Shown one piece after another: positions 40,453 to 50,756 of a DNA stretch of 64,000 nucleotides; positions within the stretch are counted from its first letter, which is position 1, and the number at the start of each line of letters is the position of its first letter. This DNA is from Alphaproteobacteria bacterium (GTDB taxonomy: Bacteria; Pseudomonadota; Alphaproteobacteria; GCA-2731375). The notes beneath the pieces are model-generated. The model had not been told where the DNA came from. It did no database searches and was given only the letters and a program-made list of their open reading frames with translations. The stretch covers positions 32,001 to 96,000 of the forward strand of contig CBDDBZ010000020.1 in the NCBI GenBank assembly GCA_965225945.1, in the 5' to 3' direction. Both the position numbers and the translations under genes were made by a program.

Positions 40453-42111
40453 TCAGAGCGGCGCGCCCGCCGGGTCGGTGATCGCCATGGTCACCGCCCG
40501 AGTGGTGCCGAAGGAGAACAACAGGCAGGAGTGGCGGCCGGCGGCGCCGGCGACCGCGATCTGCAACTCCTCCGGCGCCGAGAGGATGCGAGATCCATTC
40601 CGCCAGTCCTCGCCGATGAAGCGGTCCGGAACCCTGGCGGCCATGGCGCGGCCCTGGGCTTCCGAGATGTGGTGGCCGGGGATGATCGCGCGTTCCAGCA
40701 GGAATTGCTGCACGTCGCGGCGCGAGAAACCGTCGGCGGCGATCACCTCGGCGTGCTCCGGCCCCAGGATCAGCATGATCTCGCCGCCGAGGTAGCAATT
40801 GTTGCAGCCCGTCGTCGCCATGGAGCCGGCGATGGTCAACAGGATCTCCTCGGCGTTGCGGCCGAAATGGTCGTTGACATTGTGTGGCCCCTCGACGCCG
40901 GCGAGCGTCACCGTGCTGTGCCCGGCTTCGTATCCGCGCGTCGTGTGAAAGCCACCCCAGGGATTGTCGGCTTCGTTCTCGGCGAAGCTGAAGGCGAACT
41001 TGGCCGGCGAGCCCTGGGTCGAGCGGTCGAGCACGCCGGGCGCCGCACCGCCGATGTTCAGGAGCACGAAGCGAAGCGCGCGGCCGAGCGCGGCGTTGGC
41101 GAGACGGCCCTGGCCCATGGCGTTGTAAGTGGCGTTGAGGCCCGCGCTTTCCGCCGCCGGGCCGTTCACCATCACCATCACGGTCGCGGGATGCGTCGTC
41201 GTCTGTAGCGCCTTCAGGTTGAGCGGCGCCTCCCCCAGCGCCCGCGTCGCCGCCAGCACGATCGGAAACTGCGCGGGCTCGAGGCCGGCCATCACCGCGT
41301 TCGCCGCGACCTTGGCCACCGTCGCCCGGCCGAGCTTCGGCTCGACCAGGCTCAGGAGTTCGCCGCTCTCCCAGCCCTCGAGCATGGCCTCGACGCGGGC
41401 CGACGTCGGCGGCACCACTGGCAGGCCGTCGGTCCAGCCGCGCCGGTACACGAGCGCGTTGATGGCGTCCAGCGTCTCCGGCGCGTTGAAGCTCTCGGGC
41501 GCGTCGGGGCCGTTGAAGTTGCCCTCGAAGAGGGAGTGGTAGCGCAGCCGGCCCTTGGCCTCGGGCTGGCGCTGTTGGTGGAACGCCCGGAGTCGTTTCG
41601 CGTCGCCGCTCCAGCATTCGACGATCTCGTCGAGCGCCGCCGCTGCGATTCTCCCGACCTCGGCATCCGAGCGCTTGGCCATGGGGTGCGGCAGGATCAC
41701 CAGCGGCAGCCCCGACATGCCGAGGATCTCCGCCTCCGACTTGGCGAGGGCGTGGAATTCATCCGTGCAGAGCACCACCGTGGCGATGCCCCGTTGCTCC
41801 AGCTTGATGGCGTCATGGATACACCACGACGTACAGGAGCCTCAATCCGCGAGCGCGGCCAGCACCACGTCGCATTGCTCGAGAAAACCCGAGGTGAAGT
41901 TGGCCGGCTGGCTCGCCTCCTTGGAGAAGCGGGCGAACTCGATCCCGCCGTTGCGGGCCGCCAACAGCTCAGCCACCTTCTCTACCACCGTGTCGGCGTT
42001 CTTCTTGGAGTTGTTGACGAGACCGATGGTGATGCCCCGGGCCAGCCCCGGCCGGGCCGCCAGCGGCGTCACCTCGTGGCTGAATTCCCCGCAGGGGTTG
42101 ATCAGTTCCAT
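40453..42111 (-). CDS. UGSC-family selenoprotein fused to a TDGLP-motif domain (552 aa, Sec90 = TGA at 41842-41844)
   Basis: ORFs 41842-42111 and 40453-41778 are in frame. Read-through gives [27 protein letters not shown]. A SECIS-like hairpin follows the UGA. Confidence 0.8.
41807..41841 (-). promoter_or_regulatory. Candidate bacterial SECIS element
   Basis: mRNA UGA-GGCUCCUGUA-CGUCGUGG-UGUAU-CCAUGACG: 8-bp stem, loop 18 nt after the UGA, G at loop position 2. Confidence 0.65.
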
Positions 42112-42404
42112 CGCTGTCGGCTCCCTCGCGACGTCGTTCGGGCGAGCGCCATTGCAGCAAAATCGGGCGGGCCGGGCAAGCCGGCGCGCTCGGCCCGGCG
42201 CGCTCGGGCCGCGCCATCAGGCCATGGTGATGGCGCTGCCCATGGCCTTGGTGCCTTCGGCGTTGCGGATTGGCGGCGGCGCCTCGACGCCGCCGCGTGG
42301 AGATCGATCATCGAGGCCTCGGGAGTGATGGTGTAGAAAGCATCGATAGGCCGTTATCGCGACCGAATTCAAACGCCGTATTCCGTAACGCAGGAGGAAC
42401 ACCC

Positions 42405-44446
42405 GTGGCCGATCTCGAACTCACCCTCGACGGCGCCGTCGCCACGCTGACCATGAACCGGCCCGAGGCCAGAAATGCGCTGTCCATGGAGATGCGCCAA
42501 GGGATGGACGAGGCCTTCCACCAGGTCGAGTTCGACGCTTCGATCCGCTGCGTCGTGTTGACCGGCGCGGGCGAACATTTCATGGCCGGCGGCGACGTCA
42601 AGAAACTGCACGCCCACAGTACACGACTCGTTCATGCTGGCTTTGGCCTGGGCACCTGGACTGGTGGTTTTCCGGGGACGAGGAAACGAATCAGCTCAAT
42701 GGCTTGACGCCTGTCGATAGGATTGACGAGCTGTCGCCTTATCCACTCGAAACCGTATCGGAAGATGGATTTTGCCATCCTTTTGTGGGTTTTGAGGCGG
42801 ATCGGCTCGGCCTCGTGGAGCCAATCGCCGACTTTGTGCGCCCAGCAGAAGGTGATGGAAAGGACGGCGGTGAGCTTGGAGATGCGCTCCGGGTCGGTCA
42901 TGTGGGTGTCTTCGAGGTTGAAGCCACGGGTTTTCAAGGCGGCGAAGAGGGTCTCGATTTGCCAGTGCTGGGCGTAGATGGCCAAGGCCTCCTCGGGCGC
43001 GTCGTTGGTCACGACGATCAACAGTTCGCCGGTCTTGAGATGGAGCGCGGCGACGAAGACGGGCCTGGCCTTGGGTTTTCTGGCCTCCGAGAGGCGCCTG
43101 GCGTTGGAGAGGATGCGGCTTTCCCCGGGTTTGAGGTCGCGAAACAGCTCCCTCGCCTTGACCATGCGACCACGCGTGTTGGCGATCTTGATGTTGGATC
43201 GGATGCGGATGTGAAAGGGGATGGCCTTTTCCTGCAACCATGCCAGCCAGGCGTCGCCGATGAATTCCCGGTCGGCCAGGAGGCTGGCGATCTTGTCGAC
43301 CCCGAAGAGCCGGAGGACGTGTTCGAGGATCGCGATCCGCTCCTTGGTATTGGAATTGCCCGCCTTGTCGAGCACCCGCCAGCACACGGGAATGGCGATG
43401 GCGCGGTTGACGATGCCGATCATCAAGATGTTGACGTCGCGGCGACCCAGCCGCCAGTTGGTCCGGTCCATGGTCAGCCGCCACGGCCCCGCCTGGAGCC
43501 CCATCATCGCGACCAGGAACTCGGCGAGGCGATCGTAATCGAAATCGACTTGCTCGAAAAACCGTTGCAGGCGCCGATAGTTGGAGCTGGATCGCGCGCG
43601 CCCCGGAAAGTGGCAGGCCAAGTGAGAGAGGTTCACCGTCCGGGCGACGAACACGCCGAAGACCAAGACGCAAAGGCTCTCCAGACGGCTCTTGCGAAAG
43701 GCGAAGCCGCATCGTAGCGTCTCACGCAGGGCGTTGATCGGGTTGTCTCGCATGATTTCCCTCTTGACTCGTCGTGGAGTGAATCGGGAATCCTACAACC
43801 TTTTCAACGTCCTACGTAAATGCCGTCGTGTACCATGCTGCACGCCTATCTTTCGAGCCACGAAGGGCCCGGGGTGCAAAGCTACTTCCTGCACCGTATC
43901 CACGACCTGCATGTCATGATGTTCTCGATGCGCCGGATGGCGAAGCCGATCGTCGCCAAGGTCAGGGGTGCGGCAGCCGGTGCGGCAGCCGGTGCCGGCG
44001 TCTCGCTCGCCGCGGCTTGCGATCTGGTCATCGCCTCGGAAGACGCCTTCTTCACGCTGGCCTATTGCCACATCGGCACCACCCCCGACGGCTCCGCCAG
44101 CTTCCATCTGCCGCGCGCCATCGGCATCAAGCGGGCGATGGAAATGATGCTCTTGGGCGATCGCCATACGGCCCGCCGGATGGCCGACATGGGCCTGGTC
44201 AACTTCATCGTCCCCGGGGCCGAACTCGACGCCGAATGCGACAAGCTCGTCGCTCGTCTCGCCGCCGGTCCGACCCATGTCCATGGCATGGGCAAAAAAC
44301 TGATGTATCGCAGCCTGGAGAACGAGTTCGAAGCGCAATTGCAGTTGGAAGCCGAATGCTTCGCCGACTGCGCCGCCCGCAACGACTATCGCGAGGGCGT
44401 CGCCGCCTTCGTCGAAAAGCGCAAGGCGAATTTCACGGGGACTTGA
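42405..44446 (+). pseudogene. Enoyl-CoA hydratase/isomerase disrupted by IS4 copy 2
   Basis: 5' part NRPEARNAL...FMAGGDVK; 3' part KPIVAKVRGAAAG...DYREGVAAFVEKR. A TSD links the halves; AGGAGG RBS upstream. Confidence 0.9.
42615..43837 (-). mobile_element. IS4-family insertion sequence, copy 2 (transposase 42632-43753)
   Basis: Near-identical inverted copy of 27570-28792; 9-bp TSD CTGCACGCC at 42606-42614 and 43838-43846. Confidence 0.95.
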
Positions 44447-44894
44447 GGGAACGAATGCATCCGACCTTCCTCAGCGCCGAATAGATCATGGCGCCGCCGA
44501 AGGCGGCGAACAGGAGGCCGATCGCGCACATGATGTAGAAGAACAGATCGTCCCACGAGCCCTCGATGGCGTGGGTGCTCGGGTCGCCGGGCAGGTAGAG
44601 CACGCCGATGTCGCTCCGCCCCGCCACCAGGTCGCGCCAGACGTCTTCCTTCAGCGAGGTCTCGCCCTCGAGACGCTGGCCGGCGCGGGTCTCGAACTCG
44701 TAAGCGATCCAATAGGAGGTGCCGTCCTCGTCGTCGTAGTCCTCCCATTTATCGCTGACGAAGGCCCGGCCCGGCTCGCCGTTCTCCTCGATATTCAGCT
44801 GATGCAGCTTGGCCCAGATGCCGCCGACGATGACGCCGATGCCGAGCAGGCCGAAGATCAGGCCGGGAACGATGGCGCCCTTCGATTCGGCCAT
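44433..44894 (-). CDS. DUF3592-like membrane protein
   Basis: TM - beta domain (YWIAYEF...VLYLPGDP) - TM. Confidence 0.65.
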   Translation of the reverse strand: MAESKGAIVPGLIFGLLGIGVIVGGIWAKLHQLNIEENGEPGRAFVSDKWEDYDDEDGTSYWIAYEFETRAGQRLEGETSLKEDVWRDLVAGRSDIGVLYLPGDPSTHAIEGSWDDLFFYIMCAIGLLFAAFGGAMIYSALRKVGCIRSLKSP

Positions 44895-45718
44895 CAGCGG
44901 GCCTCGGCGTGGCCGACGTCGAAGTCGTTGAGGCCCGAACGGTCGACGCCCCGCATCAGGAAGAGGGGGCGGCGGCCGATGTCGCTCGGCCTTACCCGTT
45001 CGGCCAGTTCGGCGCCCCAGGCGTGGTCGTAGTGCGAGGTGGTCGGCATGAAGCGCATGATGAAGGCGGCGCGCCGGTGGCCCGAGCGGTTGGCGTTGGA
45101 GCCATGCACCATGTAAACGTCGAAGATCGCCATCTGGCCGGCTTCCAGCGTCAGGTCGCGGGCCTCGGCCTCGTCGAACTCGCTTCCGTCCAGGGCCAGC
45201 TCCAGCAGCACTTCGGTCTGATCGGTCGGCACGTGGCGGCCGGTCCTGCCCATCCTGTGGGAACCCGGAATGTAGCGCAGACAGCCATTCTCGAGCGTGC
45301 TGTCGTCGAGGGCGAGCCAGACCGTGGTGTTGGCGAGCGGGCGGATCGGCCAGAACTCGCCGTCTCGATGCCAGGGAATCGTCTTGCCCGATCCCGCCGG
45401 CTTGCCGAAGATCGTCGTGCCCCAGAGCAGGAAGTCGGGGCCGATGCATTGCGCCACCATGTCGAGGATCGGCTCGAGGCGGGCGAAGTCCATCCATTCC
45501 TCGTCGCCGACGGTGCCCTGCGCCACGCCCCGGCGGAGGTGCGGCGTGAACATCTGATCGCGCGGCACGTCGGGGTTCTCGGCGAGGAAGCGGTCGAGCA
45601 TATCGCACATGCGGGCCAGCATAGCGTCGGGCAGCCGGTAGCTCGGCACCACCAGGCCCTCGTCCCGGTAACGGGCGACTTCCTCCGCGCTCAACACGTT
45701 GGAACCGCTGTTCGTCAT
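44894..45718 (-). CDS. Phytanoyl-CoA dioxygenase (PhyH) family protein
   Basis: PWHRD, WLALDD..ENGCL..IPGSH, HGSNANRS..RR. Confidence 0.9.
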   Translation of the reverse strand: MTNSGSNVLSAEEVARYRDEGLVVPSYRLPDAMLARMCDMLDRFLAENPDVPRDQMFTPHLRRGVAQGTVGDEEWMDFARLEPILDMVAQCIGPDFLLWGTTIFGKPAGSGKTIPWHRDGEFWPIRPLANTTVWLALDDSTLENGCLRYIPGSHRMGRTGRHVPTDQTEVLLELALDGSEFDEAEARDLTLEAGQMAIFDVYMVHGSNANRSGHRRAAFIMRFMPTTSHYDHAWGAELAERVRPSDIGRRPLFLMRGVDRSGLNDFDVGHAEAR

Positions 45719-45744
45719 CTTATCGACTCCCGGCGCGCAGTTTA

Positions 45745-46146
45745 TCATGCATCGAGCTGGCGGCGCAGGTCCTCGAGGTCGCCGAGGACCCAAAGCTCGG
45801 CGATCCGCCCCTCGGCGAGGGCGAAGAACGCCGCGCCCGCCCAGGTGACCTGGCGGCCCGTGGCCGCGACGCCTTGAAAGACCTCGCGGTGAACGCCGGT
45901 GAAGTGCATCCGTGCCGCCGCCCGATCTCCCTCCACCAACAATTCGTCGATGATGCACCGGTAGTGGCCAAGGGCGCGATGGACGCCGCGCATATAGTCG
46001 ATGAAACTGTCCGCTCCCGTCCGCGTCTGGCCGAGCGAGCCGCGAAATCGGAAGTCGGGACTCAGGATCTCGCGCACCAGCCTCTCGTCGGCCCGGTTCC
46101 AGACCTCGACATAGAATTGCTCGACCAATTCGCGGGGCGTCGTCAC
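45745..46146 (-). CDS. SnoaL-like ester cyclase
   Basis: VEQFYVEVWN, EGDRAAAR..FTGVH, GVAATGR. Confidence 0.8.
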   Translation of the reverse strand: MTTPRELVEQFYVEVWNRADERLVREILSPDFRFRGSLGQTRTGADSFIDYMRGVHRALGHYRCIIDELLVEGDRAAARMHFTGVHREVFQGVAATGRQVTWAGAAFFALAEGRIAELWVLGDLEDLRRQLDA

Positions 46147-46371
46147 GGCGTCACCAGGCCCTTGAGCGGGCAGCCTCGAAAAGCGCCGGCAGAGCCGCCT
46201 TCCGGACCTTGCCAGTGCTGGTCGGCGGCAAGCGGTTCGTTCAGCAAGGCCGGTACGGTCCGGCTCGGGGGTTTCCGCATGGCTCTCGCATCTCCCGTCG
46301 GCGTCGTCCACGGGAGGGGAGGTTACATGGCTTCGCCGAGCGCTGGCGAGCCCGGTGCAAAGGCACGGCCC

Positions 46372-46938
46372 TCAGGTGGCCACGGCGGAGAAATCCCGCT
46401 GACCGAAGGTGCCGAAGATGTAGCCGGCGCCGTCCGGCGTCGATCTCGTCGAGCGTGCCGGCATGAAGACCGAGCGAAACCGAATTTCGCACCCGTTCCG
46501 GCGGCGATAATCGCCCTCGCAAGCAACCGGTCGACTTTCGGTGCGCGCGTGCTGGATCGCTTGCTTGATCTTGCGGATAATTTCGCGAGGTATCGCCTCG
46601 CCGAGCGTGAGTCCCACCGGATTGTCGGGGAACGCCATTCGGACGGCATCGCCACAGAGCACGAACACCGATAGCTCGACCATTTCGTCTTCACGCAGCA
46701 GGAAGCTCACGTCCTCGAGTTCGGCGTTCCGCCCGAGATCGAGATCCGCGAGGGAGGGCACATCGTCGCCTTCGGCCTTGACGCGGCTCCAATGATCCTG
46801 GACGCGCCAACCGGCCCGCCGCTCGTTCGGGAGTTTGACGACACCATGGGGAGAATCCGGACCAGCCGATGCATGGGACATGGACACGCGAACCTCTGAC
46901 GATAACATGGCGAACCGCGCGATCCTTAAGAGCCTCAA
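46372..46938 (-). CDS. PAS-like (PAS_5-type) hypothetical protein
   Basis: DHWSRVK...VPSLADLD, RFRSVFMP pattern; start uncertain. Confidence 0.5.
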   Translation of the reverse strand: MRLLRIARFAMLSSEVRVSMSHASAGPDSPHGVVKLPNERRAGWRVQDHWSRVKAEGDDVPSLADLDLGRNAELEDVSFLLREDEMVELSVFVLCGDAVRMAFPDNPVGLTLGEAIPREIIRKIKQAIQHARTESRPVACEGDYRRRNGCEIRFRSVFMPARSTRSTPDGAGYIFGTFGQRDFSAVAT

Positions 46939-46962
46939 CCCACTTATAATCGTTGGTCCATC

Positions 46963-46978
46963 GTTAATATATACTTAA
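46963..46978 (-). promoter_or_regulatory. CtrA-type binding box
   Basis: Minus strand reads TTAA-GTATATA-TTAAC, matching the consensus TTAA-N7-TTAAC, upstream of the PAS-like gene. Confidence 0.6.
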
Positions 46979-47031
46979 TACGAAACCGAAAACAAGATCT
47001 CTACGCGCGGCCTTTCGAAGAATCGGACGAA

Positions 47032-47469
47032 GTGCATGTCATGCGGGCGAGGGGGGACGAAGTCGCGGCCATGGCGAGGGCGGTGGACGAAACGCGGCTC
47101 TGGACGACGTTGATGGAGATGGCGAGGGATCCGGACGATGCCGTGCGTTTCACCGTCGGGCGCCTCGACGTCAGCCCCAATTCAGCCAATGGCGTTCCCA
47201 ATCGCGTGCGCTTCTCGATCGATCTCCGCCATCGCGATGCCGAGAGGCTGATAGGTCTGGGCGATGCGATCGCGCCGCTCGTCGACAAAACCGTCGCACC
47301 CGCATTCCATGATGCCGCCTTCTACGCCGAGCATTGCCCCACGGCGATGGTCTTCGTGCCCTGCGAGCGCGGCGTCAGTCACCATCGGAGCGAAAACGCG
47401 AAGCCCGGCGAACTCGCCACCGGGGTCAGGGTCGTGGCGATGGCCCTCCTCGCCGCCGCCGAGGTCTGA
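47032..47469 (+). pseudogene. Internally deleted M20 Zn-amidohydrolase (allantoate/N-carbamoylase type)
   Basis: N-terminal (RLWTTLMEMAR), dimerisation (TVGRLDVSPNS...IDLRH) and C-terminal (HDA...AMVFVPC..GVSH) pieces in only 145 aa. Confidence 0.65.
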
Positions 47470-47739
47470 AATTCCGACTCGAACACGGCGTGGCGGGCGT
47501 TCGCCGCCCGCGCCCGGCTCGGCGGCTGGACCGGTTACCAAGGTAAGCCCGGACCCGTGGTCATGCTCCGAGGCTTGTACCAATTCAGAGCCATACGTCA
47601 CGGCCGGGGCCTCGCACGATATGTGTGGATCTCGTAGCCAACCACCGCGAGGGTACGCTCCCATGGGTGGCTTGGCCGGGGGAGCGGGTGGCCCGGCAAT
47701 TCGGTTTTAACCTGAAGCGCTCTAAGTTCTGGAAGTCGT

Positions 47740-47784
47740 TGGAGGCGCGGACCGGATTCGAACCGGTGTGAACGGATTTGCAGT
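47740..47784 (-). tRNA. 3' 45-nt fragment of tRNA-Cys(GCA); probable att site, not a full tRNA
   Basis: Minus strand ACTGCAAATCCGTTCACACCGGTTCGAATCCGGTCCGCGCCTCCA gives anticodon loop, T-arm and CCA. The 5' half is absent. Confidence 0.85.
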
Positions 47785-48590
47785 TTCAAATTGCCAGTTT
47801 TCCAAGCCTTTGACGCGTAAGAGATTTTTGGATCGCTGGCGCTCGACCCTATATTTTTCAAAGTATTGACTGTCATTTTAAGAAGACGCTTGCAGTCATA
47901 GGGCGACACTGGTACCTTATTTTCCTGTTGACATAAATTTGACGGGAGAGTGTGTACGGATGACGAGCGAGCGACAACCCAACCTCCAGCCGGGGACCAT
48001 GAGGGACAAGGCCGCGACGGCGGTTCCTATCCCGGCGACAGGCCAACGAATTTATTTCTGGCAAGAGGATCTGGGCGGGTTCGTGATGTATGATTTTATA
48101 CCATTGATTTAATTGATAATTTATATGTTATCATTTCTCCCGTAAGCGAAACGCAAGCGAATTCAGTCAAACTCCAGCGCTTGCGGGCGCATCTCTGACG
48201 TAGCTCCCGCCCGCCCCTCTTGAAGATACCTCGGCGGCCCACCGGGGGTTGCGGAAGCAGGCCGGGATCGAGGGGGTACACGAATTCACGATCTGAGACA
48301 CACTTGTGCCGCACCACCGTATCTTCTAGCTGCATAAATTATCGTAAACCATTGTAATTACGTTTCTTTTACTTTCCCTCTCTCGTCGGCCAGATTTCGC
48401 CAATTTCCAATCCGTGTACAAGCGGTCAGCGGATTGGAGTCAATGCGTGTCGTGACAGGTCCGTCTGAAACTATGATTCGCCGGCTCACCGGCCTTCACC
48501 AGTAACGATTCGGTCGTCGCGGGAGGTCGTCGCCAAGGCGGACGGAGTTTCCTTGTGTATCGCACCCGGTTCCTTGGACACAAGTTTGTC

Positions 48591-49502
48591 TCATGCGGCG
48601 GGCCTGAGTGACATCGCGGTGTGCCACGCCTGACGAGCTTGAGCGGGGCTCAGGTAGCCGTTCTTCTCCACGATCCACTGGGCATTGTACTGTTCGACGA
48701 ACCCGCGGACGGCGTTCCGCAGCTCCGCGATGTTGCGGTAGATGCGGCCATGGATGATCTGTTCCTTGAGCGTGCGATTGAACCTCTCGGCGACGCCGTT
48801 GGTCTGGGGCTGTTCGACGAAGGCGTAGGACGGCTGGATGCCCCAGAACTTGATCTGGTTGGTGAAGTGGTCCGACAGATACTGGGAGCCGTGATCCATC
48901 CGCAAGGCCAGCCCCCGCGCCGCACCGGCGGAGGTCGAGGCATACAGCCTCGCAAGCCCCATGGAGATCGGCTGAAGGGCGGCGAAGCGGTCGCCTCGCT
49001 TGCACACATGCCAGCCGACGCACTCGGCGTTCCAATGCTCGATGGCGGTGAATATCCAGCCCCAGCCGTCGTCCACCGTGAACACCCGAACGCCGTCCGT
49101 GCCCCACATGAGGTTGGGGGCATGGGTGATGATCTCACCGACATGGGGATTTCCGCCACGGCGGCGGCAGCGATGGGGCGAGAGCAGGTTGTTCTCGCGC
49201 ATCACCCGGAGCACCCGCTTGCGGGAAACACGGATGCCACGACAGACCCGAAGCCGAGCCCAGACCTTGCGGTGTCCCTCGCCCTCCCAGGGGGATGCCT
49301 CCAGGTCGGCCTCGATGGCCACCAGCAGAGCCTCGTCCGAGATCGAGGGCTTCGGTCCCCGGCGCTTTGCTGGTGGGCGCTCAGCGGTGGCCTGCTGCCG
49401 GGATTTCATGGCGTAGAACGAGGAACGGGCAAAACCCCAGGCCGCACAGACCCGCTGGAGGCCGTAGGCCAAACCCGTGCCGGGAGAGGTGGCGGCACTC
49501 AT
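48591..49502 (-). CDS. IS3-family transposase OrfB (rve/DDE)
   Basis: GHRKVW, WGTDG, DHGSQY, NGVAERFNRTLKE. Confidence 0.9.
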   Translation of the reverse strand: MSAATSPGTGLAYGLQRVCAAWGFARSSFYAMKSRQQATAERPPAKRRGPKPSISDEALLVAIEADLEASPWEGEGHRKVWARLRVCRGIRVSRKRVLRVMRENNLLSPHRCRRRGGNPHVGEIITHAPNLMWGTDGVRVFTVDDGWGWIFTAIEHWNAECVGWHVCKRGDRFAALQPISMGLARLYASTSAGAARGLALRMDHGSQYLSDHFTNQIKFWGIQPSYAFVEQPQTNGVAERFNRTLKEQIIHGRIYRNIAELRNAVRGFVEQYNAQWIVEKNGYLSPAQARQAWHTAMSLRPAA

Positions 49503-49909
49503 CGCCGCGACCTCCGCCGCCCCAAAGGGCCGGACGTCTCCGTCTTGGCCTCCAGCAGTTCCACCTGCATGATCAACTCCCCGATCCGCTTCATGGCGAT
49601 GTCCAGTTCCGCCTTTACCGGATCGCCCTTGCGTTCCTTGAGCGAGGCATCGATCCCGGCGATCGCCTTCTCACGCCACTGCTCGAGCCGGAAAATCTCC
49701 ACGCCCAACTGCCGCGACAAAAGTTCCACCGGCTCGCCACGCAAAAGCCGCAGGGCAACCTCACGCTTGCGCGTCACCGTCCACCGCTGGCCAAGTCCCA
49801 GCGGGCCTGCCGGCGAAACCTGGCCCGGGGAAAACGTGGACGAGCCAAGCTCGCCCTCGTTTACCACAGGCCCATCAACAGCAACTTTGTTCTCAAAATT
49901 GTCGGTCAT
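49499..49909 (-). CDS. IS3-family transposase OrfA (HTH)
   Basis: RKREVALRLLRGE...LEQWRE; ATGA overlap with OrfB. Confidence 0.8.
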   Translation of the reverse strand: MTDNFENKVAVDGPVVNEGELGSSTFSPGQVSPAGPLGLGQRWTVTRKREVALRLLRGEPVELLSRQLGVEIFRLEQWREKAIAGIDASLKERKGDPVKAELDIAMKRIGELIMQVELLEAKTETSGPLGRRRSRR

Positions 49910-50449
49910 GTTCCGGTCCTCCTTGGACACTTCGATTAAGCCAATTCTGTGTCCAAGGAAATCGGGTCCGACTCACCACGATGGCCGGAATGCCTGCGCC
50001 GGGGGGGGGGGGGGCGCGAGTGGTGCGGGCGCAGGGAGCGGAGCGACTGAGCCACGGTCGCGTATTGCACCGGCGCTAGCCGCGCAGCGGCGTGGCATTG
50101 CGCGCTATCGCCGTAACGGAGCGTGAGCGGAGTGGAGGACCCCGCAGGGGTTGGCGCAGTGAGAACGTGTGGGACAATGAGACATCATGACGGGATGATT
50201 ATTCTCCCACTCCCACGCCTCTCTTCCACCGTAACCGCGGGCTGGGTGCTGGCAATAGGGGGCACAATCCGGGTCGCGAGGGTGCCCGCACCGATGGCAA
50301 TGAGGTCGTCGTTTAAATCAGACAGGTCGGGATGATCATGATTTAGGGATTGCGGCGTTCCGCATAACGGCGCCAAATGCGGATTGCGGAGCATTCGCCC
50401 AACGCTTTCGGTATGGGATGTATTTCCTGGACTCGAAGAGCACAGCATG

Positions 50450-50489
50450 AAAAAAGGCCGGTCCCACGCCAATCTGGCGGGAACCGGCC
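50450..50489 (-). terminator. Intrinsic terminator downstream of ssb
   Basis: Minus strand GGCCGGTTCCCGCCAGATTGGCGTGGGACCGGCC hairpin followed by T6. Confidence 0.7.
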
Positions 50490-50517
50490 CTGGGGTATGC
50501 GGGAGAAGAAAACCAGC

Positions 50518-50756
50518 TTAGAAGGGGATCTCGCTGTCATCCACCGTCGTGGCGGTTTCGGCGGCCGGCGCGGCGTCGCCGTTCGGCTTGTCGAGAAACT
50601 GGACCCTGCCGCCGGGGACTAGGAGGATCTCGGTCGAGAACCGGTCGCTGTCCTCGCCGTCCTTGCGCCACTTGCGGGTCTGCAGCTTGCCCGAGACGTA
50701 GACCAGGCGGCCCTTCTTCGCGTGCTTCTCCAGCATCTCCACCAGGCCGTCCTGGA
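50518..50756 (-). pseudogene. ssb: ssb 3' part (split by the integrated element)
   Basis: QDGLVEMLEKHAKKGRLVYVSGKLQTRKW...DDSEIPF acidic tip. Confidence 0.9.

Larger units (their letters stand above)
48556..49975 (-). mobile_element. IS3-family insertion sequence
   Basis: TG...CA ends; imperfect IRs TGTATCGCACCCGGTTCCTTGGACACA / TGAGTCGGACCCGATTTCCTTGGACACA. No TSD seen. Confidence 0.8.

Noticed and set aside
27570-43837. Composite transposon formed by the two inverted IS4 copies
   Set aside because: Each copy has its own distinct 9-bp TSD, indicating independent insertions. The intervening genes are core-like.
47740-47784. Complete tRNA-Cys gene
   Set aside because: The D-arm and 5' acceptor strand are missing; the sequence beyond the anticodon loop cannot pair.
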